DNA from: a virus
Lineage: Duplodnaviria; Caudoviricetes
IMG/VR virus record: IMGVR_UViG_2791355076_000001
Coordinates: 1 to 64,000 of that record
DNA length: 64,000 nucleotides
Reading direction: 5' to 3' (one strand)
Part shown: one piece after another, positions 28,203 to 37,178 of the stretch
Position numbering within the stretch: position 1 is the stretch's first letter
Layout: each line of letters starts with the position of its first letter
Notes under the pieces: generated by a model
The model's database searches: none
What the model was told of the DNA's origin: nothing
Seen by the model: the letters and a program-made list of their open reading frames with translations, nothing else
Made by a program: the position numbers and the translations under genes

Positions 28203-28601
28203 ATGAAACAACCCAACTGGACACTTAAATTACCCGAAACCATAAGGGCGGCAATGAGTCGCCCTTTTTCATGGGGTGAATTTGATTGTTGTATTTTTGC
28301 CTCTGAATGTATTTACGCACAATGCGGTTTCTCTCCGATAAAGCCTTATCTCAATCACTATAAAACCAAAGCCGAAGCCTTCAACCTGCTCAAATCTAAA
28401 TTTGGCTCCTTAGAGAAAGCCGTATCACGCTATTTCAAATCCATTGAGATTGAGCGCGTTCAGCGTGGCGACCTCGTACTGTTTAAAGGTGAGGACGGTG
28501 ACAGTTTAGCTGTGGTTTGGGCGGGGCATTATTGGGGCGTAACCCCACAAGGCGTGAAGCCAGTGCAGATTAACCCAATCAAAGCGTGGAGAGTGGAATA
28601 A
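28203..28601 (+). CDS. Tail assembly protein, NlpC/P60-like
   Basis: PFSWGEFDCCIFA...RGDLV. Confidence 0.75.
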   Translation: MKQPNWTLKLPETIRAAMSRPFSWGEFDCCIFASECIYAQCGFSPIKPYLNHYKTKAEAFNLLKSKFGSLEKAVSRYFKSIEIERVQRGDLVLFKGEDGDSLAVVWAGHYWGVTPQGVKPVQINPIKAWRVE

Positions 28602-31600
28602 TGGGTGGGAGTGGTGGATTAATTTCAAAAGTCGTGGGCGCAGGCTTAATGATTGCAGGGCTATTTACCGGAGGCGTTACCTCGGCGATGGGGATGGCAC
28701 TGATGGCAGCAGGCGTCGCAGTCCAAGTCGCGGGTTCGCTTATCTTTAAGCCTAAACTGCCTTCCATGAATTATCGAGATACGGGTGAACGCAAACAGAT
28801 GTTACGTTCATCGTCTGCGCCTGAAACCGTGATCGTCGGAAAAACAGTGATATCGGGTTTGCTTTTCTTTGCCGAAGAAGAGGCGGGTGAACAAGATGAA
28901 AACGAAAAAATCACACTGACATTGGCTCTGGCAGGGCACCCCATAGAGAAAATCGGGAAGATTTGGTTGGGTGATGATCTCATTGAGACGTTTGGTGATA
29001 AAGCGTCATGGGAATTACATAACGATAGGGAAGATGTCGATCCCTTTATGCTTAAAAATTGCCCGTCATGGAAAGAGGATATGATTGGGCGAGGTCTGGC
29101 GTGGTTACGTGTGACACTCACATTTGACCAAGAAAAATTCCCCTATGGATTACCCAATGTGAAATGTGAAGTTTGGGGAAAACATCTGTTTGATCCTCGC
29201 ACTGGGCAAACTGCATGGAGTAATAATGGGGCTTTAGTGATTTTGGATTATTACCGCCATTATTTAAAAGTGCCTGATACGGATATTGATTTTGACAGCT
29301 TTAAACAGGCAGCCGATTTATGTGATGAAAAAGTGGGTCTGCCAGAAGGTGGATTTGAGTCGCGATATACCCTTAATGGTGCTTATGATTTAAATGAGAG
29401 TCCATCCAGTGTTTTGGAAGCGATGCACAAATGTATTAACGCTGAACCGACATTTACAGCAGGAAAACACGGTATTCAAATCGGCGCATATTATGGGCCG
29501 GCAATAAAAACTATCACCGAATCACAATTGATTGGTACCGTCACTTGTACCCCTGAAACAGGTTTAAAAGACGCGACCAATGCGGTGTATGGCACGTTTA
29601 TTGATGCCGAACAGTTGTATACAAAAACGGATTTCACGCCTGTAATTGTGGACGAATGGGTGAAAGACGATGGCTTAGAAATTCGGGAGAATATCGACTA
29701 TCGTTTTGTCACCAGCCCTTATCAAGCCCAACGATTAGCCCGCCAATATCTTCGCAAAAAGAAAGCAGGAAGACGGGTTCAACTCACTATGAACTTAGAC
29801 GGCTATGCTTATCGTCCGGGGGAAGTTGTGCTTTTAGAATTACCGGCTTTGGGGATTAGTGGACTGGAATTTCGTATTGCCGAATGGTCTTTTCATGCTT
29901 TAGAGGGTGTGGCTTTAACGTTGGAAGAGGATGGTGCCTATTTATATGAAGATGTGATTGGTAAACCGTTTGAGCGTCCACCATTTGTGAGTTTACCCAC
30001 TGGCGGTGTTGCTTCACCTATTAATCTTACCTTTGTTCCACTTGCAGTCAGTGACATCGTGCAAGGTACGCTTTCTTGGCAGAATGTGGCGTCTGATGTG
30101 CGCTATAACACCGTCACTATTCTTCAAGAAGGCAACGTTATTCAATCTATTCAGGTACCGGCCGAGCGTGTCGATATTAACGGATTAGCGCGAGGAACTT
30201 ATCGTGTTGAAGTTAGAGCAACAAATGTGGCCGGTGCGATGTCGGCACCCGCTATCAGTGATTTTGCCATTCAAGCACCACCGCCTCCTGAGCATATTGA
30301 TGTCACCTCTGGCTTATTTAATTTGACCGTTGCACCGAAACAAGGCGATAGTGCTGTCTTTGGTTATACCTTTGAATTTTGGTTTAGTGAGGAAAAACTC
30401 GCTAATCTTTCTGAAAATGAAGTGATCACCAAAACAAATAAAGTTGGCCAAGGGAATTTCTGGACGCAAGAGAATTTACAAGCAGGGCATACGTATTATT
30501 TTTATGTTCGAACAATCAACAGCTATGGCAAATCACCTTTTGTGGAAGCTTCGGGTACTTGCTCTTCTCAAACCGATTTAATTCTTGAGGAATTAGCGGG
30601 GCAAATTAGTCGAGATCAACTCGCACAAGACCTATTGGGTGAAATTAACGGCAAAGCTAACCAAATCGATATTACTGAATTACATGAGTTAATGAGGCTA
30701 AATCATGACAAGCTTTTAGAAGAGTCAATGAGGCAAGGCGTGGCGATTGAAGAAAGTGAAAAAAAACGGGAGGGATCAGAAAAATTACTGGCTGAGCGGA
30801 TAAATCAAGTTTCAACGGCAACAGAAGCACAGGCCGCCGCAATTAAACAAGAGCAACAAGCACGTATTGAGGGTGATCAAACCGAAGCACAACAACGGCA
30901 ATCCTTAGCCACTCAACTTCGTGGTGATTATACCGGCAATGATTTATCGAAAGTCACCGCAGGACTTATCTCCGCAGAGAAGCAAGCGCGTGTTACAGGC
31001 GACCAAGCGGAAGCTAAAGCCAGACAGTCATTGGAAACACGGATGAATGGGAATGTTTCAGCGATTAATAAATCATTAGAAACCCTCACCTTGAAACAGC
31101 AAGCCCAAACGCAAGAGATTTCAACGCTCAATTCAAATCTTAAGGGGAAAGCTGATAGTAGTGCGGTTAATGCATTAAATACGCGAGTGTCGAATATTGA
31201 TGGCAAAGTGACGTCCGCAACTTCTCAGGTACAAACGTTATCCAGCAAATTAGATAAAGTGAAAGCCGATTTAACGGAGTCTGTGGTGGTGGATTTAGAT
31301 TTATCGAAACTTAATGAAAACACCTATTATCCAGTGATTTTGCCTTTAGTGACCTCTCGACGTTATGCCTTTAAGGTTTTTAGAACCTTAGGGCAATATT
31401 CAGATAATAAACCCAGCTATGCGACGCACAGCACCAAAGGCTTTGCCATGATTGTGGAATGGCAAGTCAGTGGTTCTGGATGGGGAACACAGTCTGAAAA
31501 TCGCATCATTGATAATTTTGATTGGCGATGGACAAATCAATCTCCTGTGATGGGGCCCGCTCAATTAATAAATGGTTCCGTGGAATATATTTATTTGCGG

Positions 31601-32359
31601 GGAGGGGCAAAATATCAGTTAACTAAACACAAGAGTGTTAACCATCAAATCATCACCAGCACTTATACCAACAACAAACAATCTGTGGCACCGAAAGGAT
31701 TTGTGGCGAATGATGTACCTAAGTCCAGCGAACAGAAAGCCAATGCAACGGCGAATGCGGTAAGCCAACTTGAAACTAAAGTGACTGAGATTTCAGGTAA
31801 AGTGACCTCGACCGCTCAGCAAGTCACTCGCCTAGAAAGCCAAGTGGGTACAAGTTCAGCCAAAATCGAACAAACTTCGAAAGTGGTCACAGACATAAAT
31901 GGCAAAATTTCGGCATCATGGACAATGAAAGTCCAGCAAGATAGCAAAGGGAATAAAGTCATTACGGGCATTGGTTTAGGGTTTAATGCACAAGGAAATA
32001 GTCAATTTCTGGTCAATGCCCAAAACTTTGCAGTGATATCGTCATTAAACGGTAAAGTGGTGACACCTTTTGTGATCCAAAATGGACAAGCCTTTTTCAA
32101 TGATGCGTTATTTAGCAAGGCAACCATTGATAAATTATCAGTAGGTAAAAAGATAACCTCCACTAATTATTTAGCGGGTAAGAAAGGATTTAATATTGAT
32201 GCCACAACAGGGAATGTGGAATTAAATGATGCAGTATTTCGTGGACGGTTAGATATAAACTCAGGAGGAACAAAAGGGCGGTTAGTGATCACGAATAATA
32301 CTATTTATGTTTACGATGAAAACAATCAGTTAGCGGCAAAAATAGGTTATTTAGGGTAG
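28601..32359 (+). CDS. Central tail fibre/host-specificity protein (J-like)
   Basis: Tip-attachment N-terminus, Fn3 segments (YYFYVRTINSYGKS), coiled coil, SQFLVNAQNFAV...PFVIQNGQ C-terminus. Confidence 0.9.
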   Translation: MGGSGGLISKVVGAGLMIAGLFTGGVTSAMGMALMAAGVAVQVAGSLIFKPKLPSMNYRDTGERKQMLRSSSAPETVIVGKTVISGLLFFAEEEAGEQDENEKITLTLALAGHPIEKIGKIWLGDDLIETFGDKASWELHNDREDVDPFMLKNCPSWKEDMIGRGLAWLRVTLTFDQEKFPYGLPNVKCEVWGKHLFDPRTGQTAWSNNGALVILDYYRHYLKVPDTDIDFDSFKQAADLCDEKVGLPEGGFESRYTLNGAYDLNESPSSVLEAMHKCINAEPTFTAGKHGIQIGAYYGPAIKTITESQLIGTVTCTPETGLKDATNAVYGTFIDAEQLYTKTDFTPVIVDEWVKDDGLEIRENIDYRFVTSPYQAQRLARQYLRKKKAGRRVQLTMNLDGYAYRPGEVVLLELPALGISGLEFRIAEWSFHALEGVALTLEEDGAYLYEDVIGKPFERPPFVSLPTGGVASPINLTFVPLAVSDIVQGTLSWQNVASDVRYNTVTILQEGNVIQSIQVPAERVDINGLARGTYRVEVRATNVAGAMSAPAISDFAIQAPPPPEHIDVTSGLFNLTVAPKQGDSAVFGYTFEFWFSEEKLANLSENEVITKTNKVGQGNFWTQENLQAGHTYYFYVRTINSYGKSPFVEASGTCSSQTDLILEELAGQISRDQLAQDLLGEINGKANQIDITELHELMRLNHDKLLEESMRQGVAIEESEKKREGSEKLLAERINQVSTATEAQAAAIKQEQQARIEGDQTEAQQRQSLATQLRGDYTGNDLSKVTAGLISAEKQARVTGDQAEAKARQSLETRMNGNVSAINKSLETLTLKQQAQTQEISTLNSNLKGKADSSAVNALNTRVSNIDGKVTSATSQVQTLSSKLDKVKADLTESVVVDLDLSKLNENTYYPVILPLVTSRRYAFKVFRTLGQYSDNKPSYATHSTKGFAMIVEWQVSGSGWGTQSENRIIDNFDWRWTNQSPVMGPAQLINGSVEYIYLRGGAKYQLTKHKSVNHQIITSTYTNNKQSVAPKGFVANDVPKSSEQKANATANAVSQLETKVTEISGKVTSTAQQVTRLESQVGTSSAKIEQTSKVVTDINGKISASWTMKVQQDSKGNKVITGIGLGFNAQGNSQFLVNAQNFAVISSLNGKVVTPFVIQNGQAFFNDALFSKATIDKLSVGKKITSTNYLAGKKGFNIDATTGNVELNDAVFRGRLDINSGGTKGRLVITNNTIYVYDENNQLAAKIGYLG

Positions 32360-32362
32360 CGT

Positions 32363-32614
32363 ATGAAGTTTATTGTTTTAATTACAGCATTATTATTGTC
32401 AGGGTGTACCTCTGGATATAAGAAAGTCGATTGCCAAGGTGTTTACCAAATAAAAACTTTTCATTATCAACAACCTGTATTGGTAAAGTTTGATAAAAAG
32501 AGAGAAACCATTAAAGGGCCTCTTTATCATGCTGTACCTCAATTAGGATTTAAATTCTTGGGTGGATGGGTATCTTCTGATGCCGTAGAGGATTTTTCAT
32601 GTCGTGGGGAATAG
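32363..32614 (+). CDS. cor: Cor-like superinfection-exclusion lipoprotein
   Basis: Lipobox LLSGC, C.GVY...GWV...F.C, position directly after J as in phi80/HK022. Confidence 0.7.
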   Translation: MKFIVLITALLLSGCTSGYKKVDCQGVYQIKTFHYQQPVLVKFDKKRETIKGPLYHAVPQLGFKFLGGWVSSDAVEDFSCRGE

Positions 32615-32862
32615 AGATATATGAAAAAGGAAAGCCAATAAAAATCACAGGGCGTTCGTTTATTTTTGACCAAATAGCGGTCACTCAGAATGGCAGTAAA
32701 ACTTATAATAATATTCCTAAAGGGCGGTCATTGGCCGCCTATATTGTAGCTAGAAACCGAGGATCTTATTTCACTGTTAAAGTCGAGAATAATAAAATTT
32801 CGTGGAATTCTCTACGCGGTAGTCAATCGATTAATGGAATTATTATGGTACTAATTAAATGA
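32599..32862 (+). CDS. Tail-tip associated hypothetical protein
   Basis: MSWGIEIY start typical of post-cor genes; overlapping operon. Confidence 0.6.
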   Translation: MSWGIEIYEKGKPIKITGRSFIFDQIAVTQNGSKTYNNIPKGRSLAAYIVARNRGSYFTVKVENNKISWNSLRGSQSINGIIMVLIK

Positions 32863-33503
32863 GTAAATATGGTGCATTATTTTTTAATCAGGGCATTACC
32901 GAAGAATTAACACCTTATGAATCAGCCGTATTTTTAAAAAAGATAAAAACTAAGCCGGGGCTAATTAAAATTATCGAAGGTAATAATAACGCAGTGCCAC
33001 TTATTTTTATTCGAGTTCTTAATTCTTCTAATCCATCATTAGGTGGATTATCTGAAGTAATTTATGAGAATAATGCGTGGTGTGTGAATTTAATCGATAC
33101 TATTCAAGGCAATTCAGCAGAATATGAGCTCTATGTATTTGTGAAGTCTTCTTATCATATTTCACTTCATCCTCAAAAATGGGGAATTCAAATTTATCAT
33201 AAAGGTGTTATTACACATGCTTCAAGCCAAAGACCGCTTAATTTATTAGAGGGAAATAACTTTGTGCTCACAGGAAATAATTGGAGTGGCGTGGATGTCG
33301 GTTTCCCCTGTGCGGTATTAATCACAACAATTGGACATATTGGGATGATGGATTCTATGGGAGGAAAAACGATTAGAGTAACCCTATGTGGACGAGGTAA
33401 CCGTATTATTCCTCATTCCATGATTGTAGCCGGACAAATGTCAACAACCTCGCTAGGAAAGCAGTATTTTTATATTGATGTAAGGGAGTATGGTGGGGGC
33501 TAG
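32859..33503 (+). CDS. Tail-tip associated hypothetical protein
   Basis: MSKYG...KWGIQIY...SSQRPL repeat motif. Confidence 0.6.
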   Translation: MSKYGALFFNQGITEELTPYESAVFLKKIKTKPGLIKIIEGNNNAVPLIFIRVLNSSNPSLGGLSEVIYENNAWCVNLIDTIQGNSAEYELYVFVKSSYHISLHPQKWGIQIYHKGVITHASSQRPLNLLEGNNFVLTGNNWSGVDVGFPCAVLITTIGHIGMMDSMGGKTIRVTLCGRGNRIIPHSMIVAGQMSTTSLGKQYFYIDVREYGGG

Positions 33504-33564
33504 GAAAGAGTTTAGTTAGTTTAATTGATGGGAAAAAGGTCACTAAAGAAATATATTCGTTGGT

Positions 33565-33591
33565 GGTCTGCTTTGTGCCAATAGCGGACGT
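33565..33591 (+). repeat. Cassette-boundary site type B
   Basis: ggtctgctttgtgccaatagcggacgt. Confidence 0.72.
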
Positions 33592-33900
33592 CACTACAGT
33601 GGCTTGCGATATTAGGGGGCAGGGTTAGTCAAAACATTACTGACATCACCGCGTATTGATCAACCGAGAGCAAAGTCAATGGTGGCTTATTAGGTCTACA
33701 GAAGTGGGCTTGATGATGTATTTAGGCTGTCTGAAGGCTGTTCTGGATTGATTACGCAAGACTACCTAATAAGGGTTTATAACACTTATCATGCTAACAA
33801 CACATTGCTGTACATTCACGGTATGTATGATATACATCCAGCCAGCGTGATAGATGGGCTTTAACACAGTTACTGATTGAGGCATACAAGGAGCCAGATA

Positions 33901-35115
33901 ATGTACTTACCATCAAAAAGTCTTTGTGACATTTTAGCATCAGAACAAGTTGGAGTTTTTTGTGAGTCCAATTCTTCAGGCGATAAAGCGTTAGTAGCAA
34001 AATTACCTACATCAGTCATCAAGTCCATTTTACTTGGTGTTAAGATAGAATTTTATCTATTTGTTAAAATAAATCCCCCACATAATATCGCATTGGCCTT
34101 AAAAGTATTTGATAATAAATCATCACCTTTCCATGGGATACTTGCTCAACGTTGGAGTAATCGCAATAATATTTTTGATGATTCATTCTTAGACTCAGAT
34201 ATCCACCTATCTTTATTCGACGAGACTGACGCGAGCGTTGCATATGGAACAATAAATATAAAAACTAACTTTAGAAACAAAAGAGCTTATAACATAATTG
34301 CAAACTTTGAATTTTCTTCAGCAAATAATCATCTAGATAACATTAAATTCACTGATTCGGTATGTGCCTCATTAGGATCTGATGATGTGAAACATGCGGG
34401 ATTCAATGTGTTAAAATTTCACTTCCCCATTAAGGTTAAAGAACTTGAGACTATCCTTACGCATCATGTAAATCATCAAGGTTCATCAAGTTATGAAGTG
34501 GCTACAGAGATTGATGGCGCGCGGCAGGAACGTCAGATTTATCAGGCGATTTGCCTGATGGATAACTCCTCAACGACCTTGTCTCCATTAGTAACGATTG
34601 GGAAAAAGGAAAGAGAACTAACAGATGTATTAACTTGCTCGCTAAACAATAAAGTTATTGCGATTGAGTCTAAATGCCTACAAGTAAACGTATCGACTCT
34701 AGATAAATCTCGTGAACGAGCTTCATCGAGCATGATTAAACACTGCAGGAAAGCAATTAATCAACTGGAAGGGGTCTATAAAGCAATAAATAGAGGTGAG
34801 AAAATATATAACTCTGCTGGAATAACACTCTTGCATGGTGGCGATTATGATTTCTATGGCATAGTCCTAATAGATGAATATAGAGAGTCAAAAGAGTGGC
34901 CTGAAATAATTGGGTTAATTGAAGATATTAGCAGGCGACACAAAATTTGCATAAATGTTATCAGTGTGTCAGAAATTATTTACAATATGAAATTAAGTTC
35001 ATCAAATACTGACACGTTCATTAGCATGCTTCAAAAGCGGCATGAGCTATGCTTAAAAAAGAATTGTATTAATATTAAGTTCATTAACTCATCATTACCA
35101 ACTATGCCTGACTGA
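33901..35115 (+). CDS. Hypothetical protein with C-terminal PD-(D/E)xK/NERD-like nuclease motif
   Basis: AGGAG SD before ATG 33901; GARQE...ERELTDVL...IAIESK...KAINQL. Confidence 0.7.
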   Translation: MYLPSKSLCDILASEQVGVFCESNSSGDKALVAKLPTSVIKSILLGVKIEFYLFVKINPPHNIALALKVFDNKSSPFHGILAQRWSNRNNIFDDSFLDSDIHLSLFDETDASVAYGTINIKTNFRNKRAYNIIANFEFSSANNHLDNIKFTDSVCASLGSDDVKHAGFNVLKFHFPIKVKELETILTHHVNHQGSSSYEVATEIDGARQERQIYQAICLMDNSSTTLSPLVTIGKKERELTDVLTCSLNNKVIAIESKCLQVNVSTLDKSRERASSSMIKHCRKAINQLEGVYKAINRGEKIYNSAGITLLHGGDYDFYGIVLIDEYRESKEWPEIIGLIEDISRRHKICINVISVSEIIYNMKLSSSNTDTFISMLQKRHELCLKKNCINIKFINSSLPTMPD

Positions 35116-35280
35116 CAGTTATACTACTGATTAGCCCCGACCTGTAAAAAAGCTACTTTAGATCGGGGAATTAATCTAAGGATAGTAGGAGTCATGCACA
35201 ACTAATAGAAACCTAGACCTACTCCCATTGATTAGTTGAAGGTAATGTATGTAACGCATCGATAGATATAAATAATGAAT

Positions 35281-35349
35281 TTCGGCTTCTTACTCGTAGC
35301 TGGCTTTACGTCTCTTTAGCTGGGCGGTACGGTGCCAAAAGCGGAAGTT
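35281..35349 (+). repeat. Junction of site A + ~18 bp + site B between two cassettes
   Basis: ttcggcttcttactcgtagctggc (A) ... ggcggtacggtgccaaaagcggaagtt (B). Confidence 0.68.
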
Positions 35350-35390
35350 TGTAGTCCAAAATTCTGCAAACAAAACGGAGATTCTTAAAG

Positions 35391-35690
35391 TTACATAACT
35401 AGTGAATCCAGAGTCACTAAATGGGTAAGGGATATACATTTTTGCTTTGCAACAAAATCTGTTTCCTCCGCCTCTTGTGGAAGCATGTATAAAATATCTA
35501 GTGGCAATTCCGCTCCTGCAAGCTTTAGCTCTGCTTTTAGTTGGATTAATGCTTCTCCTGAAGGACCTATAACCAAAATATCATAATCCGTGCCTACTCT
35601 AAAAAGCGACGAGCCAAACATAAAGCATTCAAAAAACTTCAATGCTTGGCACGTTTTTAAAAGGTGGCGTGCCACGTCGCTTACCGACAT
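35391..35690 (-). CDS. Minimal nucleotidyltransferase (Pol beta/MNT fold), 99 aa
   Basis: FMFGSS...TDYDILVI and PLDIL motifs; ATG overlaps upstream TGA (TGATG). Confidence 0.8.
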   Translation of the reverse strand: MSVSDVARHLLKTCQALKFFECFMFGSSLFRVGTDYDILVIGPSGEALIQLKAELKLAGAELPLDILYMLPQEAEETDFVAKQKCISLTHLVTLDSLVM

Positions 35691-36334
35691 CAATGGCGAA
35701 GAATTAATTTCTTGAACTCTGACCATTTCATGACTCCGCAACCAAGTTCACGCCCTGCTGCAAGGGCATTTTTAGTAGGATCTCCGTTAGGATTAATGTT
35801 CCACATGACATCAACTGGACCAAACTTATCCCAAAATGATCGCACGGCATCAGCTGTGGGCTCATACTCAAGTAGCATACCCACCCTCAGCTTGCGACCA
35901 TTGGCTAAATCAATATTGAATACGCGATCAAACTCCCGCTCTATACTTCTTACAACGCTCATTTGAGTTATAAGCCGATACGAGAAAAAATAATCTTTGT
36001 GAGAAGCAATATTAACATTATTGTCTAAAAGGGCAGAATATAAGGTGCCTGCATTGCCCCATCCTATTCTTGCATCACTTAAGTAGTTGATAGCTTCACC
36101 TGTCCACACACACTCTTTTCTGTAACCACAGATAAAATCTAAATCAGGAAATTTTTCATGATACTGCTTAGCAATCTCAATAGTGATCTCATATGATGCG
36201 GAAATAATAGCTAATGTGTCAGGTCTGTCTTGGATAAAAATTCTGATTGCATCTTCAGCGACATGTTCTGCTGAAGCTGTTCTTTTGAGGTCGTTATTTA
36301 TATTTTCAAGTGCATATTTAACTTGCCAGTTCAT
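35690..36334 (-). CDS. Hypothetical protein with two internal repeats (possible degenerate Mrr/REase folds)
   Basis: ATGA overlap with HNH stop; halves align YEIT..EKFPDLDF..TGEA vs YEPT..DKFGPVDV..TKNA. Confidence 0.72.
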   Translation of the reverse strand: MNWQVKYALENINNDLKRTASAEHVAEDAIRIFIQDRPDTLAIISASYEITIEIAKQYHEKFPDLDFICGYRKECVWTGEAINYLSDARIGWGNAGTLYSALLDNNVNIASHKDYFFSYRLITQMSVVRSIEREFDRVFNIDLANGRKLRVGMLLEYEPTADAVRSFWDKFGPVDVMWNINPNGDPTKNALAAGRELGCGVMKWSEFKKLILRH

Positions 36335-37035
36335 GCAAATATTCCATCCATATCTTGAGGGTAACGAATGGCTCTTCCAGAAACACCACAAATATGGCGC
36401 TCAGAAAGTCCACGAACATGCTCTTTGTATTGTGCGAAGGTTTCCCGTTCTTCAGCTGTCAGATGACATAAGTTCATACTTATGATTGCCTGAATGCGGA
36501 AGTGATTAGGTAAAATGACACTTTTCATCCTTTTCGACCAAATTTGAGCTGTTTCAGACTCAGGATCGAACTCAGATCTAGTCCCGTCAACAGGAGCGAA
36601 CTCTTTCCATATAGCCTTACTTTCATCCATAGCTGCTATGATGGCCTCTCTTGCTTGTCTTCTATCTTCATAACAAATAATACCTTGCTTATGTGCTAAG
36701 GCTGAAAGATGGTTGCTCTTCCAATCTAAAATCATGCTTCTTGGGAATGAGTCAGGCTCTTTATCAATAATAGTGTGGCAAGTTGGACATAGTAGTATGA
36801 GATTTTCAAATAAGTCAGCTTCAAACTCCTCAGCAGGCCTCTCTTCGTGGCGAGGCCCAGCCTTACCATGAGGAATCACATGTGCCATTTCAGCTATATG
36901 CTTATCACCGCCTATCTCTGCTGGGAATAGTGGCTTAAGGCAATCTGGTTTCTGACAATGACCTGCCGATGCCGAAAATAACCGCAATTTGGTTTCGTTT
37001 GGGATACTTTTCCGAATAGCCATTTTAGATTCCAA
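36331..37035 (-). CDS. HNH endonuclease-domain protein
   Basis: LFSASAGHCQKPDC...AEMAHVIPHGKAGPR...ENLILLCPTCHTIIDK. Confidence 0.85.
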   Translation of the reverse strand: MESKMAIRKSIPNETKLRLFSASAGHCQKPDCLKPLFPAEIGGDKHIAEMAHVIPHGKAGPRHEERPAEEFEADLFENLILLCPTCHTIIDKEPDSFPRSMILDWKSNHLSALAHKQGIICYEDRRQAREAIIAAMDESKAIWKEFAPVDGTRSEFDPESETAQIWSKRMKSVILPNHFRIQAIISMNLCHLTAEERETFAQYKEHVRGLSERHICGVSGRAIRYPQDMDGIFA

Positions 37036-37153
37036 TGGATTGATTGTAAAATAAAAAAAATTCTGTGCTACACCTGAAATAGCATAAAGTTGATCACCTC
37101 ATATTGCACTACATTTCCATCAAGTTCTATACCATGTTGATAACAATTTCGAA

Positions 37154-37178
37154 TTTCTGCTCCTCGCTCAAAGCTGAT
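37154..37178 (+). repeat. Cassette-boundary site type A
   Basis: tttctgctcctcgctcaaagctgat. Confidence 0.72.

Noticed and set aside
14726-31206. Many short minus-strand or alternate-frame ORFs in the prophage 1 head/tail region
   Set aside because: Overlap conserved structural genes with no family motifs; only the Pmp3-like 23375..23566 was retained.
35664-36485. Plus-strand ORFs 35664..35966 and 36183..36485
   Set aside because: Antisense to the translationally coupled minus-strand operon.
35391-37035. Calling the HNH/MNT operon CBASS
   Set aside because: The nucleotidyltransferase is ~99 aa, far shorter than CD-NTases, and no SAVED/Cap domains are visible.
33565-37178. Classical integron (attC cassettes)
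   Set aside because: Sites lack the RYYYAAC...GTTRRRY attC ends and there is no IntI; the adjacent integrase is a lambda-type phage Int.
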